From: Malassezia furfur
Taxonomy: Eukaryota
DNA length: 40,520 nucleotides
Assembly (NCBI GenBank): GCA_052055015.1
Contig: JBQJIT010000051.1
Strand: one strand, 5' to 3'
Shown here: positions 1 to 11,083 of the stretch, in pieces
How the letters are laid out: every line of letters starts with the position of its first letter
How positions within the stretch are numbered: position 1 is the first letter of the stretch
Position numbers and translations under genes: made by a program
Notes under the pieces: generated by a model
What the model saw: the letters and a program-made list of their open reading frames with translations, nothing else
Told to the model about the DNA's origin: nothing
Database searches by the model: none

Positions 1-2295
1 CCCACGGGCATCGTCTCGGCGCGCTGCAGCGGGCGGCGCGCAAACGCGTGCATCAGGGAGGGTGGTGCGCGTGCGCCGCCGATCTCGTCGGGCACGACCG
101 GCCGGCGGCTCGTCGCGGCGGCGCACGGCGAGAAGGAGGCGTCTGCCTCGAACGACGAGTCGCCCGTGCTGCTAAAGCTCGTGTCGCGCTCCACGGGCGC
201 CGCGAGGTCGCCCGTGGCACGCGGCGCGGGCGGCGCGGGCGGCGCAATCGACTGCGGCGCGCCTTGTGCGTTGATGCGCGCCGACATCATCGAGAGGGCG
301 GCGTAGTGCTCGTCGCCGTACGCAAAGCTGCGGTTGCGCACAAACTGCTTGCGGAAGCCCACGAGCTCCTCCGAGCGCCGCCGCAGGAAGCGGGGGTCGT
401 CCATCGTCACGTACGCACACGGCGTACACAGCTCAGGGCACGTACGGAAAAACTCGGCGTACCCGCCCTGCAGCACGTACACGTCTGGGAAGTGGCACCG
501 CGGGTAGTCGCTCGCCAGCGAGCGGTCGGCGGCGCGCAGCGCCAGCGCCATCGAAGGGCCGCGCTTCCAGCTGAACTCGCAGTGGAAGATGACGAGGAAC
601 TTGCGCGTGTCGCCCGCCTCGTCGGGCATGCCGCTCTGCGTGCGCTCGGGCAGCGGCTGCGCGGCATGCAGGCCCTGGCCGGGCGTCAAAAAGTACGTCT
701 GCACCTGCTCCACGGTGTTGAGGTTCGTCGCGCCCACAATGTGGCCGCCCTCGTGCTCGTACGCAAAGCGGCAGTCGACAATCTGGAATCCCCGGATCTG
801 GTCGTTGTAGCGGCCTTGCAGCACATCGCGCACCGTCTCGGGCTTGACGCGCATCAGTCCATCGCTCTTCACGGCAAAGCATGGCAGCGTTTTGTGGTCC
901 ATCTCAAACGACCCAAACCCGGGCACACCCGGCGACACGGGCGCGCTCGGCGCGGGCGCGAGCATATGGTTCTCCTTGTCCGCGGCATCCAGCGTCACGT
1001 TCAGCGTCGTCTGGCACCGCCGTGCGCCCAGCCCGACCGGCCGGCTCTTGCGCAGCGACGCGCGCACCGGCGAGCCACAGTGCAGCGCCGGCGCCGAGCC
1101 GCCGAGCATCAGCGCATCGTCCGACTCGTCCGCAACGGATGTATCGTTCGCCCGCGCCGCTGCCGCGCGCGGCGAGAGCGTCGGCGAGGGCACGGTCGAC
1201 ACCAGCACACTCGGCGCGTTGTGCGTCCCTCGCACTTCGGCGTGGGAAAAGACGCCCGATGCATCGGGCAGCGCCTCGGCGCTCCGCACGGGGTACGGCG
1301 AGGAACTCGGCGAGGAGCTCGTGGGGAACCCGGCCGGATCCAAAATGCTCCGTGGCACCATGTCCGCTGGCACGCCTTGGGCCACCTGCGGCGACTCAGG
1401 GTGGAAAAAGTAGTCACCCATGCCGCGCGGCGACGCTGCGGCGCGCGAGCCCGTCGCAAAGCACGGACGCTTCACCGTCTGAGGCCCCGAGAACGACCAT
1501 GAGTCGTCCGCCGACTCGTTCGACGTCGGCGGTGCAGGTAGCAGTGACGGCAGCAGCTGTGCCGAAGATGACGCGTGCGCGTCGGTTGGGCGCCATGCGG
1601 TAGCCTGTACTGTCAGCATCCTCATCCAAACATACACTTTGGGAACGGCCATGTGTACGGACCACACGGTCGCGGTTCCAGTCGCGTGCATCCTTGGCAT
1701 CCTCGTCGCCTGACTGCGTCAAACGCTGGTCCATCAGCGGGTCACTTGCCCGCTGGAGCTGTCGCAGCGACGAGAGTCGTCGCTTCATGGGCGGCTCATG
1801 CGGCGGACTGAGGCTGTGCAACTCCGTTTCGGAGGGCAGCTGCGGCAGGGAACGGCGCACCGTCGGGTCGGTACGCCGCGAGAGCGGCTGCCGCACCGGG
1901 TGCACCAGTGCAGCAGGCGCGGGCGCGGGCGCCGACACCGCCTGGAACGCGGCGGGCGAGGAAATCTCCATCGCGTGTGGGGAGCTTTTGGGATACGACG
2001 TTTCGATGCGATTGCGAGTGCCCCACAGCTCCGGCTGCGGGGCGCGCATCGCCGCCGAGGGCGATAAGGTGAACGGATCCTCGGTGAGCACGTCGCGCGT
2101 GGTGGTGGTGACGCGCGGGCGCGGCGGACCGCGGCCCGGGCTGTCGAGGGACGAGATGGACATGGACGAGCCAAACGAGTGGTCCAGCTCATTCAACAGC
2201 GGCGCATCGCGCGCGACCGGCGAGGAGAGCAGCTGCGCCTCGTCCATGCCCCACGCAGCCGGCACAATGTGCGGGGAGGAGAGTATGGCCGCCAT
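1..2295 (-). CDS. CDC25: M-phase inducer phosphatase Cdc25/Mih1; 3' end runs off the window; intron 1605-1635
   Basis: Removing the 31-nt intron joins ORF 1414-2295 to a frame encoding IVDCRFAYEHEGGHIVGATNL, the catalytic loop FHCEFSWKRGP (HCX5R) and HFPDVYVLQGGYAEFF. No stop before position 1. Confidence 0.92.
1605..1635 (-). other. Spliceosomal intron, 31 nt (CDC25)
   Basis: GTATGTttggatgaggatGCTGACagtaCAG; removal restores the frame to the rhodanese domain. Confidence 0.88.
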
Positions 2296-2551
2296 GTACC
2301 GTATAACTACTCAAGAGAGGACACGGTAACAAAGACGAGGGGCTTGACAGGGACAAAGGCTCGCGCGCGCGGTCACCGTGCGGCACAGTGCTTCAAACAC
2401 ACCCACACCGCGTTCCAGTGACCCGACAAATTCTACCGCGCGTGTTGCATTTGCTCTGTTGGTCTGCGGCCCCGGCCGGGATGCGGTTGGGCGCGCCCCG
2501 ATCCACCAGAAACGCAGGCCCACCCGTCCTTCCTGCTACGTCACATTCGCG

Positions 2552-2590
2552 CACGTGAAGCCACGTGGTCAACGCTTGGCCGAAAATTTT
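2552..2590. promoter_or_regulatory. Tandem CACGTG E-boxes (2552, 2562) plus GAAAATTTT in the divergent CDC25/POL5 promoter
   Basis: Motifs read directly upstream of the POL5 ATG (2626); function inferred. Confidence 0.45.
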
Positions 2591-2625
2591 GTGCTCCACG
2601 CGCTTTTCCTGCAGCAGCACAGACA

Positions 2626-5600
2626 ATGGGGAGCACCTTGGCGCTCTTCTGGAGTCTGGCTGATGTCGACAAGGATGCGCGCATCGGCGCATCCGATGCG
2701 CTCGTGCAAACCTTACTTGAACAGCAAGTCGAAGATGCGGCGGCAAGCGCGCCGGAAGACGCCCGCGTTGCCGTCCTGCCGGATGTGCCGGACGCCGACG
2801 TCGCCGCGGCGGAGCAGCGCATCGACGAGCAGAACGCGTCCGAGGTGGCCTACGCGCTCCGGCGTCTAGTGCGTGGCCTCGCTAGCCCGCGTGAGAATGC
2901 ACGCGTGGGGTTCGCCGTCGCGTTGAGTGAGCTGCTCGGCCATCTGTCGTCCGTGAGCGCGTACGATGTCCTGGTACTGCTTCTGAAAAACACTGTCGTG
3001 CACGGCAGCATGAGCGGACAGGAGGTGCGCGACGTGCAGTTTGCGCGCCTGTTTGGTATCTATGCACTGGTGCGGTCGGGACTCTTGTACCACGCCGCCT
3101 CGTCGTCGCTGGTCACCTTCCAGCGTACCTTTGAGCTGCTGCTGACGATCGCCTCCTACAAGAGCTGGCTGAGCGAGTCGTGCGGGTTTGTCCTACTCGA
3201 ATCGCTTCACCCGCTTGCGCATGACAACGTCCACCGGCCTGCGTGGGCACACGAGGCACTCGAGTGGGTCGCACAGCGCGTGGGCTCTGCCAAGCACCTC
3301 TCTCCGGCGCTGCTCGCGCTGCTGGCCACGCTTGCGCGCATCGAGCCGAGCCTGCCGCTGGAGGGGCACGTGCCTGCCCCCCTCAAAAGCGCCAACCTGC
3401 TCGCGTCCAACAACCTACCCGTCGTTGCGCGCGTTCTTCGCGAAGCGGCGCCGCTAGACATGGGCACGGATGCTGCGCCGCCCACGGGCGGTACGTGGAA
3501 CACCAAGCCACCATTCGTGTGGGACACGCTGCTGGACGCCTACTTTGCCAATACCTTGCCGCCGAACTCGGCGCCGTTCGCCGACTTTTGGCGCGTGGCC
3601 GTCGACGAGTCGCTCTTTGCGAACCAGGCATCGCCCGAGCGCAAGTCGTGGGGCTTCCAGGTGCTGCACTACACCCTGCAGCGTGCGCCAGCGGACCTGC
3701 TTCCCTTCCTGTTCACGCCCAACCTGATGCGCACCTGGGTGAACCAGGTGTCGGTCAAGGACCGACTGCTCCACACCATGGCGCAAAAGACGGTGGAGTA
3801 TGTGAGCGATGCCGTAAAGCGCAACCCGACCGCGGGCCTTGCGCTTGTCACCCAGCTGCTCGGAGAGCATGGGCGCCAGAACTTTGACAAGGTGACGCAT
3901 ACCAAGACGATCGAGTCGATCCTGTCGTCCTTGGACGAGTCGGGGATCCAGCGCTACTTGGCCTACCTGCGTGGCGTTGCGTATGCGCCTACCAAGAGCG
4001 ATGACGCCAAGCACACGGCCACGCAACGTCAATGGGCTGCCGATCAGATGCTGGCGCTCGTGCGCAGCAGCCTCATACCCAAATCGGACGCCTGGATCCG
4101 CGATGTGCTCGTGTTCCTGAGTGGTTTTGGCTTTTTCGTCGTGAAAAAGACGCCGAGTGCGCCGTGGAACGAGGTGCTCGAGGCACCGGCTGTGCCGTTC
4201 ACCGAAGAGATGCAGGCGCTCTACCGCCTGCGTCTGCAGGCGTGTCTCACCGAGCTCAAGAATGCTTCGGTGAACGGGCGACCCTGGGTGCTCGAAGTGA
4301 CCGACGTGCTGGCGAAGATGGGCAAGGACAAGGCGCTGCAGAGCACGGCACTCCCGGTGGCGCAAGCCCGGGTCGATGCTGCTTCGGGTGTGCTGCGCTC
4401 GCTGCAAAAGCTGGCTGCCAAGGAGTCGGATGACTCGCAGCTCGCCAAGATTCGCGCACTGCAAACGCTTGTGGCGGCGGTGATGCTGGTCACCTACGAA
4501 GATACCGACGAGTCGCCCGACCTGGTCGACTCGCTCGTGGATGTGGCCAAGCTTTTGTTCTTGGACAAGAAACGCGCCAAGGACGAGACGGTTGGCGCCA
4601 TGGAGCTGCTCGTGGACGCATTGATCGGGCTCCTGGAGCTTTCCTCTTCGTTCCTTCGTACGGTCGCGACGCAGGTGTTCGCTGTGTTCAGTGCCGCGAT
4701 GACGGCACAGAGCTTGGACCACCTCATCGACCAATTTGGCCTGAATGTTGCTGGCCCCGAGGATGAGGACGAAGAAGAAGAGCAGGACGAGGACGAGGAC
4801 GAGGAGATGGAAGAGGAGGAAGAGGAGGAAGAAGACGACGATGAGGAAGACGACGATGATGACGACGAGAACCAAGACATTGATCTCGAAGTGGACCCTG
4901 TGCTCCGCTCCAAGATTGAAGAGGCATTCCGGGATAGTGGTATGGCCGAGGATGACGAGGATGCGGACGACGACGAGGACGAGGACCTCTTTGATGACGA
5001 TCAAATGGCACAGCTCGACGACAAGTTGGCTGAGATCTTTGTGCAGCACTCGGGATCGAAGCGGAAAGAACGCGAAGCGCTCCAGCGTGATACGGCGCTC
5101 TTCCACAACAAGATCCTCGACCTGCTCGAGGTGTATGCCAAGGAACAGAGTAGCAACATTCTACTCGTGCGCCTCGCTGCGCCGCTGTTCGCACTTGCCA
5201 AGGGCGCAGGCGATGTGAGCCAGCAAGTCGCGACGCGCGCCGGCCAGCTGCTGCGTGGCCGCATCTGCCGGTCGAAGGAGCAACCGCACGGTGACCTGGA
5301 CGTGGCGCTCGTCGAGGACGAGCTGCGGGCTATGCACACATACGTTCGTGCGAGCCAGGACGTGGCGTTGTCCGAGCTGGCCGGTCTGGTGAGCCAATTT
5401 TATACCAAGGTGCTCCTGCGCAACAGCCGCGACGGCCTCAATATCGCACGCGCGCTGTATGAAGAGACGCTGAACGACTTTTTGCAGCGCAAGGCGTCGC
5501 CCGTTCGTCCCGCGTTCCTGCTGGACGCCATTCGTCGCTTCCCGGAGCTCGGCTGGGCGCTGCGCGGCGCGTTGCTGGAGGGCAGCCGCCATGGCGCACG

Positions 5601-6093
5601 CGCGTTCCGTCAGGTGCAGGCGCTTTCCATGCTTCAGGCCGTGCTGCAGCAGCAGCAGCAGAAAGACACGCGCCAGGCATCGACCGACGACGTGCTTGCG
5701 TTCATGACGCAGGTCCGCGAGGCGGTGCTGGATGTGGTTCGCGCGGCAATGACCAGCGATGCCCTCAACTCTCAGCGCCTGAAAGAGGTGCTCCGTTTTG
5801 CTCTGCAGGCAATCCGCATTACGGCGCGCATTGCCGCCGAGTCCGACGACGCCGGTGCGACGATGGCCGCGTGCTGGCCGCTTCCTGTGCTGCAGCAAAC
5901 GGCTGAGTCGCTACAGTCCTCCGATCGGTTCCAGAGCTCTACGTCGCTACATGGCCTGATGAAGGAGATGATCTCGGTTGTTTCGCGCACGACTACGGCG
6001 TCTGCACCGACCAAGAAGCGCGCGGCGCCCAGCAGTGCGGGCCCCAAGGCCGCCAAGAAGGCCGCCAAGAAGGCGAAAGCCGTAGTGGAGTAG
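2626..6093 (+). CDS. POL5: DNA polymerase phi / MYBBP1A-family nucleolar ribosome-biogenesis protein
   Basis: 1155 aa with YALRRLVRGLASPRENARVGFAVALSELL, ARM-like helices, an acidic tract followed by DDDQMAQLDDKLAEIF, and a Lys-rich C-terminus. Confidence 0.88.
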   Translation: MGSTLALFWSLADVDKDARIGASDALVQTLLEQQVEDAAASAPEDARVAVLPDVPDADVAAAEQRIDEQNASEVAYALRRLVRGLASPRENARVGFAVALSELLGHLSSVSAYDVLVLLLKNTVVHGSMSGQEVRDVQFARLFGIYALVRSGLLYHAASSSLVTFQRTFELLLTIASYKSWLSESCGFVLLESLHPLAHDNVHRPAWAHEALEWVAQRVGSAKHLSPALLALLATLARIEPSLPLEGHVPAPLKSANLLASNNLPVVARVLREAAPLDMGTDAAPPTGGTWNTKPPFVWDTLLDAYFANTLPPNSAPFADFWRVAVDESLFANQASPERKSWGFQVLHYTLQRAPADLLPFLFTPNLMRTWVNQVSVKDRLLHTMAQKTVEYVSDAVKRNPTAGLALVTQLLGEHGRQNFDKVTHTKTIESILSSLDESGIQRYLAYLRGVAYAPTKSDDAKHTATQRQWAADQMLALVRSSLIPKSDAWIRDVLVFLSGFGFFVVKKTPSAPWNEVLEAPAVPFTEEMQALYRLRLQACLTELKNASVNGRPWVLEVTDVLAKMGKDKALQSTALPVAQARVDAASGVLRSLQKLAAKESDDSQLAKIRALQTLVAAVMLVTYEDTDESPDLVDSLVDVAKLLFLDKKRAKDETVGAMELLVDALIGLLELSSSFLRTVATQVFAVFSAAMTAQSLDHLIDQFGLNVAGPEDEDEEEEQDEDEDEEMEEEEEEEEDDDEEDDDDDDENQDIDLEVDPVLRSKIEEAFRDSGMAEDDEDADDDEDEDLFDDDQMAQLDDKLAEIFVQHSGSKRKEREALQRDTALFHNKILDLLEVYAKEQSSNILLVRLAAPLFALAKGAGDVSQQVATRAGQLLRGRICRSKEQPHGDLDVALVEDELRAMHTYVRASQDVALSELAGLVSQFYTKVLLRNSRDGLNIARALYEETLNDFLQRKASPVRPAFLLDAIRRFPELGWALRGALLEGSRHGARAFRQVQALSMLQAVLQQQQQKDTRQASTDDVLAFMTQVREAVLDVVRAAMTSDALNSQRLKEVLRFALQAIRITARIAAESDDAGATMAACWPLPVLQQTAESLQSSDRFQSSTSLHGLMKEMISVVSRTTTASAPTKKRAAPSSAGPKAAKKAAKKAKAVVE
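4762..4998 (+). repeat. Low-complexity GAR/GAY codon run (Asp/Glu tract of POL5)
   Basis: Runs of gag/gaa/gac/gat encoding EDEDEEEEQDEDEDEE... Confidence 0.85.
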
Positions 6094-6135
6094 TCACGTG
6101 AACCGAAGCCCTGCGTTTCCCTTGCCACGACGAAG

Positions 6136-6440
6136 ATGAGCGCGAACCTGACGGAAGCCGACCAGAAGGAGCTGAACACGTTCCTGGACGCTGAGCAGTC
6201 GAAGGCGCGTATCCAGACCACCGTCCATGCGTTCACGGAGCGGTGTTGGGACCAGTGCGTCACCTCTTCGATCGGCACCCGCTTTGGCCGCGGCGAGGAG
6301 GCGTGCCTTGCCAACTGTGTCGAGCGGTACGTACATGTGCACTGACCCCAGTTTCTTGGACACGTCGCTGTTCATTGTGCGTTGAATGTGTGCTAATACA
6401 GGTGAAAAAGCTCGAGAGTCAGCGTGGCCTGGCTGCCTAA
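6136..6440 (+). CDS. TIM8: Mitochondrial intermembrane-space small Tim chaperone Tim8; introns 6327-6351 and 6377-6401
   Basis: Twin CX3C motifs (CWDQC, CLANC). The spliced product is 84 aa ending CVERFLDTSLFIVKKLESQRGLAA. Confidence 0.9.
6327..6351 (+). other. Intron, 25 nt (TIM8 intron 1)
   Basis: GTACGTacatgtgcACTGACccCAG; restores conserved CVERFLD. Confidence 0.9.
6377..6401 (+). other. Intron, 25 nt (TIM8 intron 2)
   Basis: GTGCGTtgaatgtgtGCTAATaCAG; removes an early TGA. Confidence 0.8.
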
Positions 6441-6956
6441 AAGATTCTGTGGTATACCCATTATCAAGAGGCATCGCTTCGCGAGAGCATCGTCTGCATA
6501 GTGGAGGACGCATAGCGTGCAGGCGCGTGTCCCAGCGAGACCAGGTTGCGTGCGCAGGAAATGGCGGGCGTGACGGGCGGTCCCCCGCTCAGGCAGAGAG
6601 CTGTATGGGCGGGGCGTGTTGGTCATGTCGCCTGTATCCCCATGGGCGGATGTATGCTGTCTATAGACGTCGAATGCAATTCCTAGAATTGAATATGTCA
6701 TGGGCATGCGTGCCTATGTGCCCTGCACGCCCCAGGCGTGGGGGTTCTCCGGCCGACGGTACCGGGTGGGAGTGGGGTAAATTTGTAATTATGGGGAAAG
6801 CGTGACCGGATGGTCAGACCCAGCGGCTGGGCTGTAATCAGGTACCGTCATCAACAAACGAACTGGACTGGATCCTGCGCCCCCTTTGTGAGCCGAGGCC
6901 ACTGTTAGGATTGGAGTATCTGATATATCCTCGTCGCATTCGCGTTTTGTGCCACT

Positions 6957-8382
6957 ATGGCCTCGTCTCACTCTAGTGGCTCCAATGTTGTCGGCGGGCA
7001 CTACCGCGTGGGCAAGAAAATCGGGGAGGGCTCGTTTGGTGTGATCTTCGAAGGCACCGACCTCTTGACGCACCAGCGCATTGCGATCAAATTCGAGCCG
7101 CGTAAAAGCGACGCACCTCAGCTGCGTGATGAGTACCGGACGTACAAGATTCTCAGCGGGAGCGTTGGTGTGCCCCAGGTGTACTACTTCGGGCAGGAAG
7201 GCCTGCACAACATCCTGGTCATTGACCTGCTGGGCCCCTCGCTCGAGGACCTGTTCGACCTGTGTGGACGCCGATTCAGCATCAAGACAGTCGTGATGGC
7301 CGCCAAGCAGATGGTACGTCGTCCGCGCGCTTACCCAGATTACCCGTGTGCAGGCCATCCACGAGCGCAACCTCATCTACCGTGACATCAAGCCCGACAA
7401 CTTTTTGATCGGGCGAAGCAGTAACAAGTCGGCCAAGACGGTGTACGTGGTCGACTTTGGTATGGCGAAGCAGTACCGCGACCCCAAGACGAAACAGCAC
7501 ATCCCGTACCGCGAGCGCAAGAGCCTGAGCGGGACGGCTCGCTACATGAGCATCAACACCCACCTGGGCCGCGAGCAGTCGCGCCGCGACGACCTCGAGG
7601 CGCTCGGGCATGTGTTCCTCTACTTTTTGCGCGGCTCGCTGCCCTGGCAAGGCCTCAAGGCGGCGACCAACAAGCAAAAGTATGAGAAAATCGGCGAAAA
7701 GAAACAGAGCACGCCGATCAAGGAGCTCTGCGACGGGTACCCCGAGGAGTTTGGCATCTACCTGAACTACGTGCGCAAGCTCGGCTTCGAGGAGACGCCG
7801 GACTACGACTTCCTCCGCGAACTCTTCACCAAGGTGCTCAAGAACCGCGGCGAGGTCGAGGACGGTGTCTACGACTGGATGCTGCTCAACAACGGCCGCG
7901 GCTGGCAGAACGATTCGTCGCGTGAGCCTGCGCAAGACAAGCCGTCGGGCGCCCAGACGGGTACGAACGCGGCGATCGCCTCCGGGCAGGCTGCGACGGG
8001 CACCGCCGCTACGCAGGGCGGCGCGAACCGACTCAAGGCGCCCGATGCAGCTGCCGGCGTGAGCACCACCGAAATCCGCACCGAGCAGGGCGTCCCGGGC
8101 CTCTCTGAGCAGAACGGCAAGTCGCGTGGTGCCACCAGCGCCGACGCGCAGCGAAACACGATGCGCTCGCCGACGACGGGCGCGGCGAACGGCGCGTCGA
8201 ACCGGTTCGACGATGGCCAGTCTCCCCGTACATCGCAGCCGAAACGCGACGCCAAGCGCGCCGATGCCCCCGCAGCTTCTCAGGGCGCCAACGCGTACTA
8301 CCAGCGCCCACTGTATAATGCGCCGGAGCGTCGCTCCTTTGGTCAACGGTTTGTTGACTTCTTGCTCTGTCGCTGCGAGTAG
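6957..8382 (+). CDS. Casein kinase I (Yck/Cki, CK1-gamma type); intron 7314-7338
   Basis: [41 protein letters not shown] and [10 protein letters not shown]-terminal CRCE suggests lipidation. Spliced length 466 aa. Confidence 0.95.
7314..7338 (+). other. Intron, 25 nt (CK1)
   Basis: GTACGTcgtccgcgcGCTTACcCAG; joins AKQM to [12 protein letters not shown]. Confidence 0.93.
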
Positions 8383-8504
8383 CGTAGGCCCTGCTCTCCT
8401 GTACTACTGCGAAAACCCCCCAGATGTGCAAGCACCCACTACGATCTTTATTTAGTATCTGCGAATAGTCGATGGCGTGATCCAATTTTTCTCCCCGCTC
8501 TTCG

Positions 8505-10088
8505 ATGTCGTCCCGCGACGCAGGCACCGCCGTGCCATCGGCCGCGCTTAAGCGTCCGACCCGCATTGCGGTCATCGGCGCGGGAAGCGCGGGACTGGCC
8601 ATGGCGCAGCAGGCGCTCGACGTCGGCCGCGACCAGGTGCAGCTGGTCGTGTTTGAGCGCGAGGGCCACGTCGGGGGGTTGTGGCATTACTGCCCGACAC
8701 CAGGGCCATGCGAAGTGCGCGGCGCAACCGATGGCTCCCCGGGGCTCGCGCGCTTCGCCGACTGGCCCGACCACCCCGCGCTGCCGCCCAGTGCGATGTA
8801 CGACGGTCTGCGCACCAACATTGCCTCGGATATTATGGCGTACCGCGACGAGCCTTTCGTGCAGGGCCTGTCGCTGTTCCCAGCACGAGCAGATGTCGAG
8901 GCCTACCTAGACGCCTTTGCGGACCACTACGACTTGCGCAAGTACATACGCTTCCACACGCACGTCGTCCACGTCGAACGCTCGCAGCACATGTGGAGTG
9001 TGACTGTGCGCGACGCGCAGGGCGAGCGCACCGAGGCGTTTGACGCGCTCGTCTGTGCACAGGGCCGGTGCTCGGTGCCCTACATTCCAAGCATTCCGCA
9101 CATGGACCGCTTCCGGGGGAAGCAGCTGCACAGCGCATGGTACCGCTCCCCAACCGAGTTCCGGGGGCAGCGCATTTTGGTGGTGGGGAGCAACTCGTCG
9201 GGATGCGACATCACACGCGAGCTCATGGGCGGGACGGTGCGTGAGTTTCCCGGCGTGGACGAATGGCAGCGCGATACGCAGCAGGATCCGCCGCGCACAC
9301 AGGTCGAAGTGTTCCAATCGTACCACAACCCGGACGAACCCCCGCCAATGGATTACGACCCGCGCGATCCGCAGGCGCCCGCGTGGTGCAAGCGCATTCG
9401 GGTTGTGGGGCCCATCACGCACGTCGACACGGATGGAGCACTGGTCCTGCGGGACGGGACACGCTTGACCAACATCGACACCATCGTGTGGGCAACTGGG
9501 TTCTTGTACCAGGTGCCATTTACGACACGCGGCGAGCCGTTTGTGTCACGGCCCCTGATTCCCCCCGTGGGAACGCCGGGCGTGCGCGTTGCGCCCGAGG
9601 CGAACGCCGCCTCGGTCCTGGAAAACATGGACGACTGGCTGCTCTTTTACGAGGGTGCACCGAACCTCGTCTTTTTGGGCCTGCCCAACCGCATCGTGCC
9701 CTTTCCACTGGCACAGCTCCAAAGTCGCGTCGCAGCGAACGTGTTCCTCGGGAAGATGCCACCCTTGCCGCGCGTACGCAGCGACTTGCCCATGAGCGAC
9801 CCGCAGCGCTGGGAGCCACAGCCAGCGAACGACCACCACTCTCAGCCGTTATGGCGCGACTGGACGTTTGGCGCATCGTCGGAAATTGCCTACCACGATG
9901 CACTGCTCGCGCTGCTTCCGGGCCCGCAAAGCAAAGAGCGGCCGCCGGGCGAGCAGCAATACTTGGAGCACAACGACGGACGCGGCGAGGGAGTGCATCC
10001 GCCCGAAGGCTGGTACCAATTTGCGCAATGGCGTCGTGACCGGCGCATTCATGGCAAGGAGCTGCGCCGCGAGACGCTGGGATACTAG
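8505..10088 (+). CDS. Flavin-containing monooxygenase (class B FMO)
   Basis: GAGSAG FAD motif, GGLW, FMO fingerprint FRGKQLHSAWY, NADPH-binding VVGSNSSG, WATGF. Confidence 0.92.
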   Translation: MSSRDAGTAVPSAALKRPTRIAVIGAGSAGLAMAQQALDVGRDQVQLVVFEREGHVGGLWHYCPTPGPCEVRGATDGSPGLARFADWPDHPALPPSAMYDGLRTNIASDIMAYRDEPFVQGLSLFPARADVEAYLDAFADHYDLRKYIRFHTHVVHVERSQHMWSVTVRDAQGERTEAFDALVCAQGRCSVPYIPSIPHMDRFRGKQLHSAWYRSPTEFRGQRILVVGSNSSGCDITRELMGGTVREFPGVDEWQRDTQQDPPRTQVEVFQSYHNPDEPPPMDYDPRDPQAPAWCKRIRVVGPITHVDTDGALVLRDGTRLTNIDTIVWATGFLYQVPFTTRGEPFVSRPLIPPVGTPGVRVAPEANAASVLENMDDWLLFYEGAPNLVFLGLPNRIVPFPLAQLQSRVAANVFLGKMPPLPRVRSDLPMSDPQRWEPQPANDHHSQPLWRDWTFGASSEIAYHDALLALLPGPQSKERPPGEQQYLEHNDGRGEGVHPPEGWYQFAQWRRDRRIHGKELRRETLGY

Positions 10089-11083
10089 GACGGCTGAGCC
10101 TCCCATAGGTGTACAGAACCGCACGACGATGCAGATGCAAACTGTGCAGCACTTGTTTCTGGACTGCGCTCGGTCCAGAGCACCGTGACCGGGGTACGAG
10201 GCGCGCGGCGATAGCGCACACTTTGGGAATAGTCCGGACGTTCCTGCCACTGCAACCGCCCCGAGACGGTATCCCACGCATGTACGCTCCCGTTCTCGTC
10301 GCCAGCAAGCACCAGCGATTCGTCCAGGGACATGGTCGAGTGGCACCGGAACGAGCTCTGTTTGTGGCCTTGGAACGACTGCAAAAGCGACCCATCCACC
10401 ATGTCGAGCAGTCGGTGCGTGGAGTCGAGCGACGAGATCAACAACGCACCACCGTCCTTGGTGGGCGTGAGCGACGTGATTGGCTCATCGATCACGTCGG
10501 ACCGGATCTCGCCTTTGCGCAGATCATAGGTGCGCACGACGCCATCGACAGATGCAGTATGGAGCGTCGTGGGCGTCGACATCGCCAGCGTGAGAATCGC
10601 ATCGGTCGCATCGTCGACCTCCATTATGGGACGCCACGCGCTCGCCGTGCGCAGATCATACGCACGACAAACAGTGTCACTTCCAGCCACAAAGAGCACA
10701 CTGCCCTCGTCATGCGCGCCTGCGAAACGGACATCGTTGACTCGACCGGTGTGTGCGTTGAAACGGCGCAGGACCTGCCCGCTTGCCACGTCCCACACCA
10801 GCGCTGCCCGGTCGGGACCTCCGCTTGCAAACCGCGTATTGTCTGGTGCGATGTCGATGCACAGCACCTCGTACGAATGGGCGCTGTACCGCTGAATGGG
10901 CGTCGAGCGCCCCTTCGCATCGACTTCGTCGCCGACATCGGCGTGCACACCCCACAAATGGATTTGCTGGTCGGCGCCACCTGTCATAATGTAGCGCCCC
11001 GTCGAGTTATAGCGGGCAACATGCACCGCGCCAGCATGTGCCTGGATGGTGCGCCTCACGGCATACCGCCGACCTGGGGGCAT
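10085..11083 (-). CDS. WD40-repeat protein, WDR83/MORG1-like
   Basis: WD repeats with AHAGAVHVARYNSTGRYIMTGGADQQIHLW, SVDGVVRTYDLRKG and SSLDSTHRLLD. First ATG at 11083; the track start is GTG. Confidence 0.8.
   Translation of the reverse strand: MPPGRRYAVRRTIQAHAGAVHVARYNSTGRYIMTGGADQQIHLWGVHADVGDEVDAKGRSTPIQRYSAHSYEVLCIDIAPDNTRFASGGPDRAALVWDVASGQVLRRFNAHTGRVNDVRFAGAHDEGSVLFVAGSDTVCRAYDLRTASAWRPIMEVDDATDAILTLAMSTPTTLHTASVDGVVRTYDLRKGEIRSDVIDEPITSLTPTKDGGALLISSLDSTHRLLDMVDGSLLQSFQGHKQSSFRCHSTMSLDESLVLAGDENGSVHAWDTVSGRLQWQERPDYSQSVRYRRAPRTPVTVLWTERSPETSAAQFASASSCGSVHLWEAQPS

Noticed and set aside
48..1502. Long Arg/Ala-rich ORFs such as 48-1502, 3454-5106, 22792-24147, 27340-29103 and 32901-35027
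   Set aside because: They are mostly antisense shadows of real genes in GC-rich, codon-biased DNA, with no recognisable domains.
4762..4998. Tandem repeat or CRISPR-like periodicity
   Set aside because: Simple Asp/Glu codon run in POL5, with no repeat-spacer structure.
6793..6850. tRNA- or SRP-like hairpins (GGGCTGTAAT)
   Set aside because: No T-loop GTTCRA, acceptor stem or poly-T terminator, and too little room for an SRP RNA.
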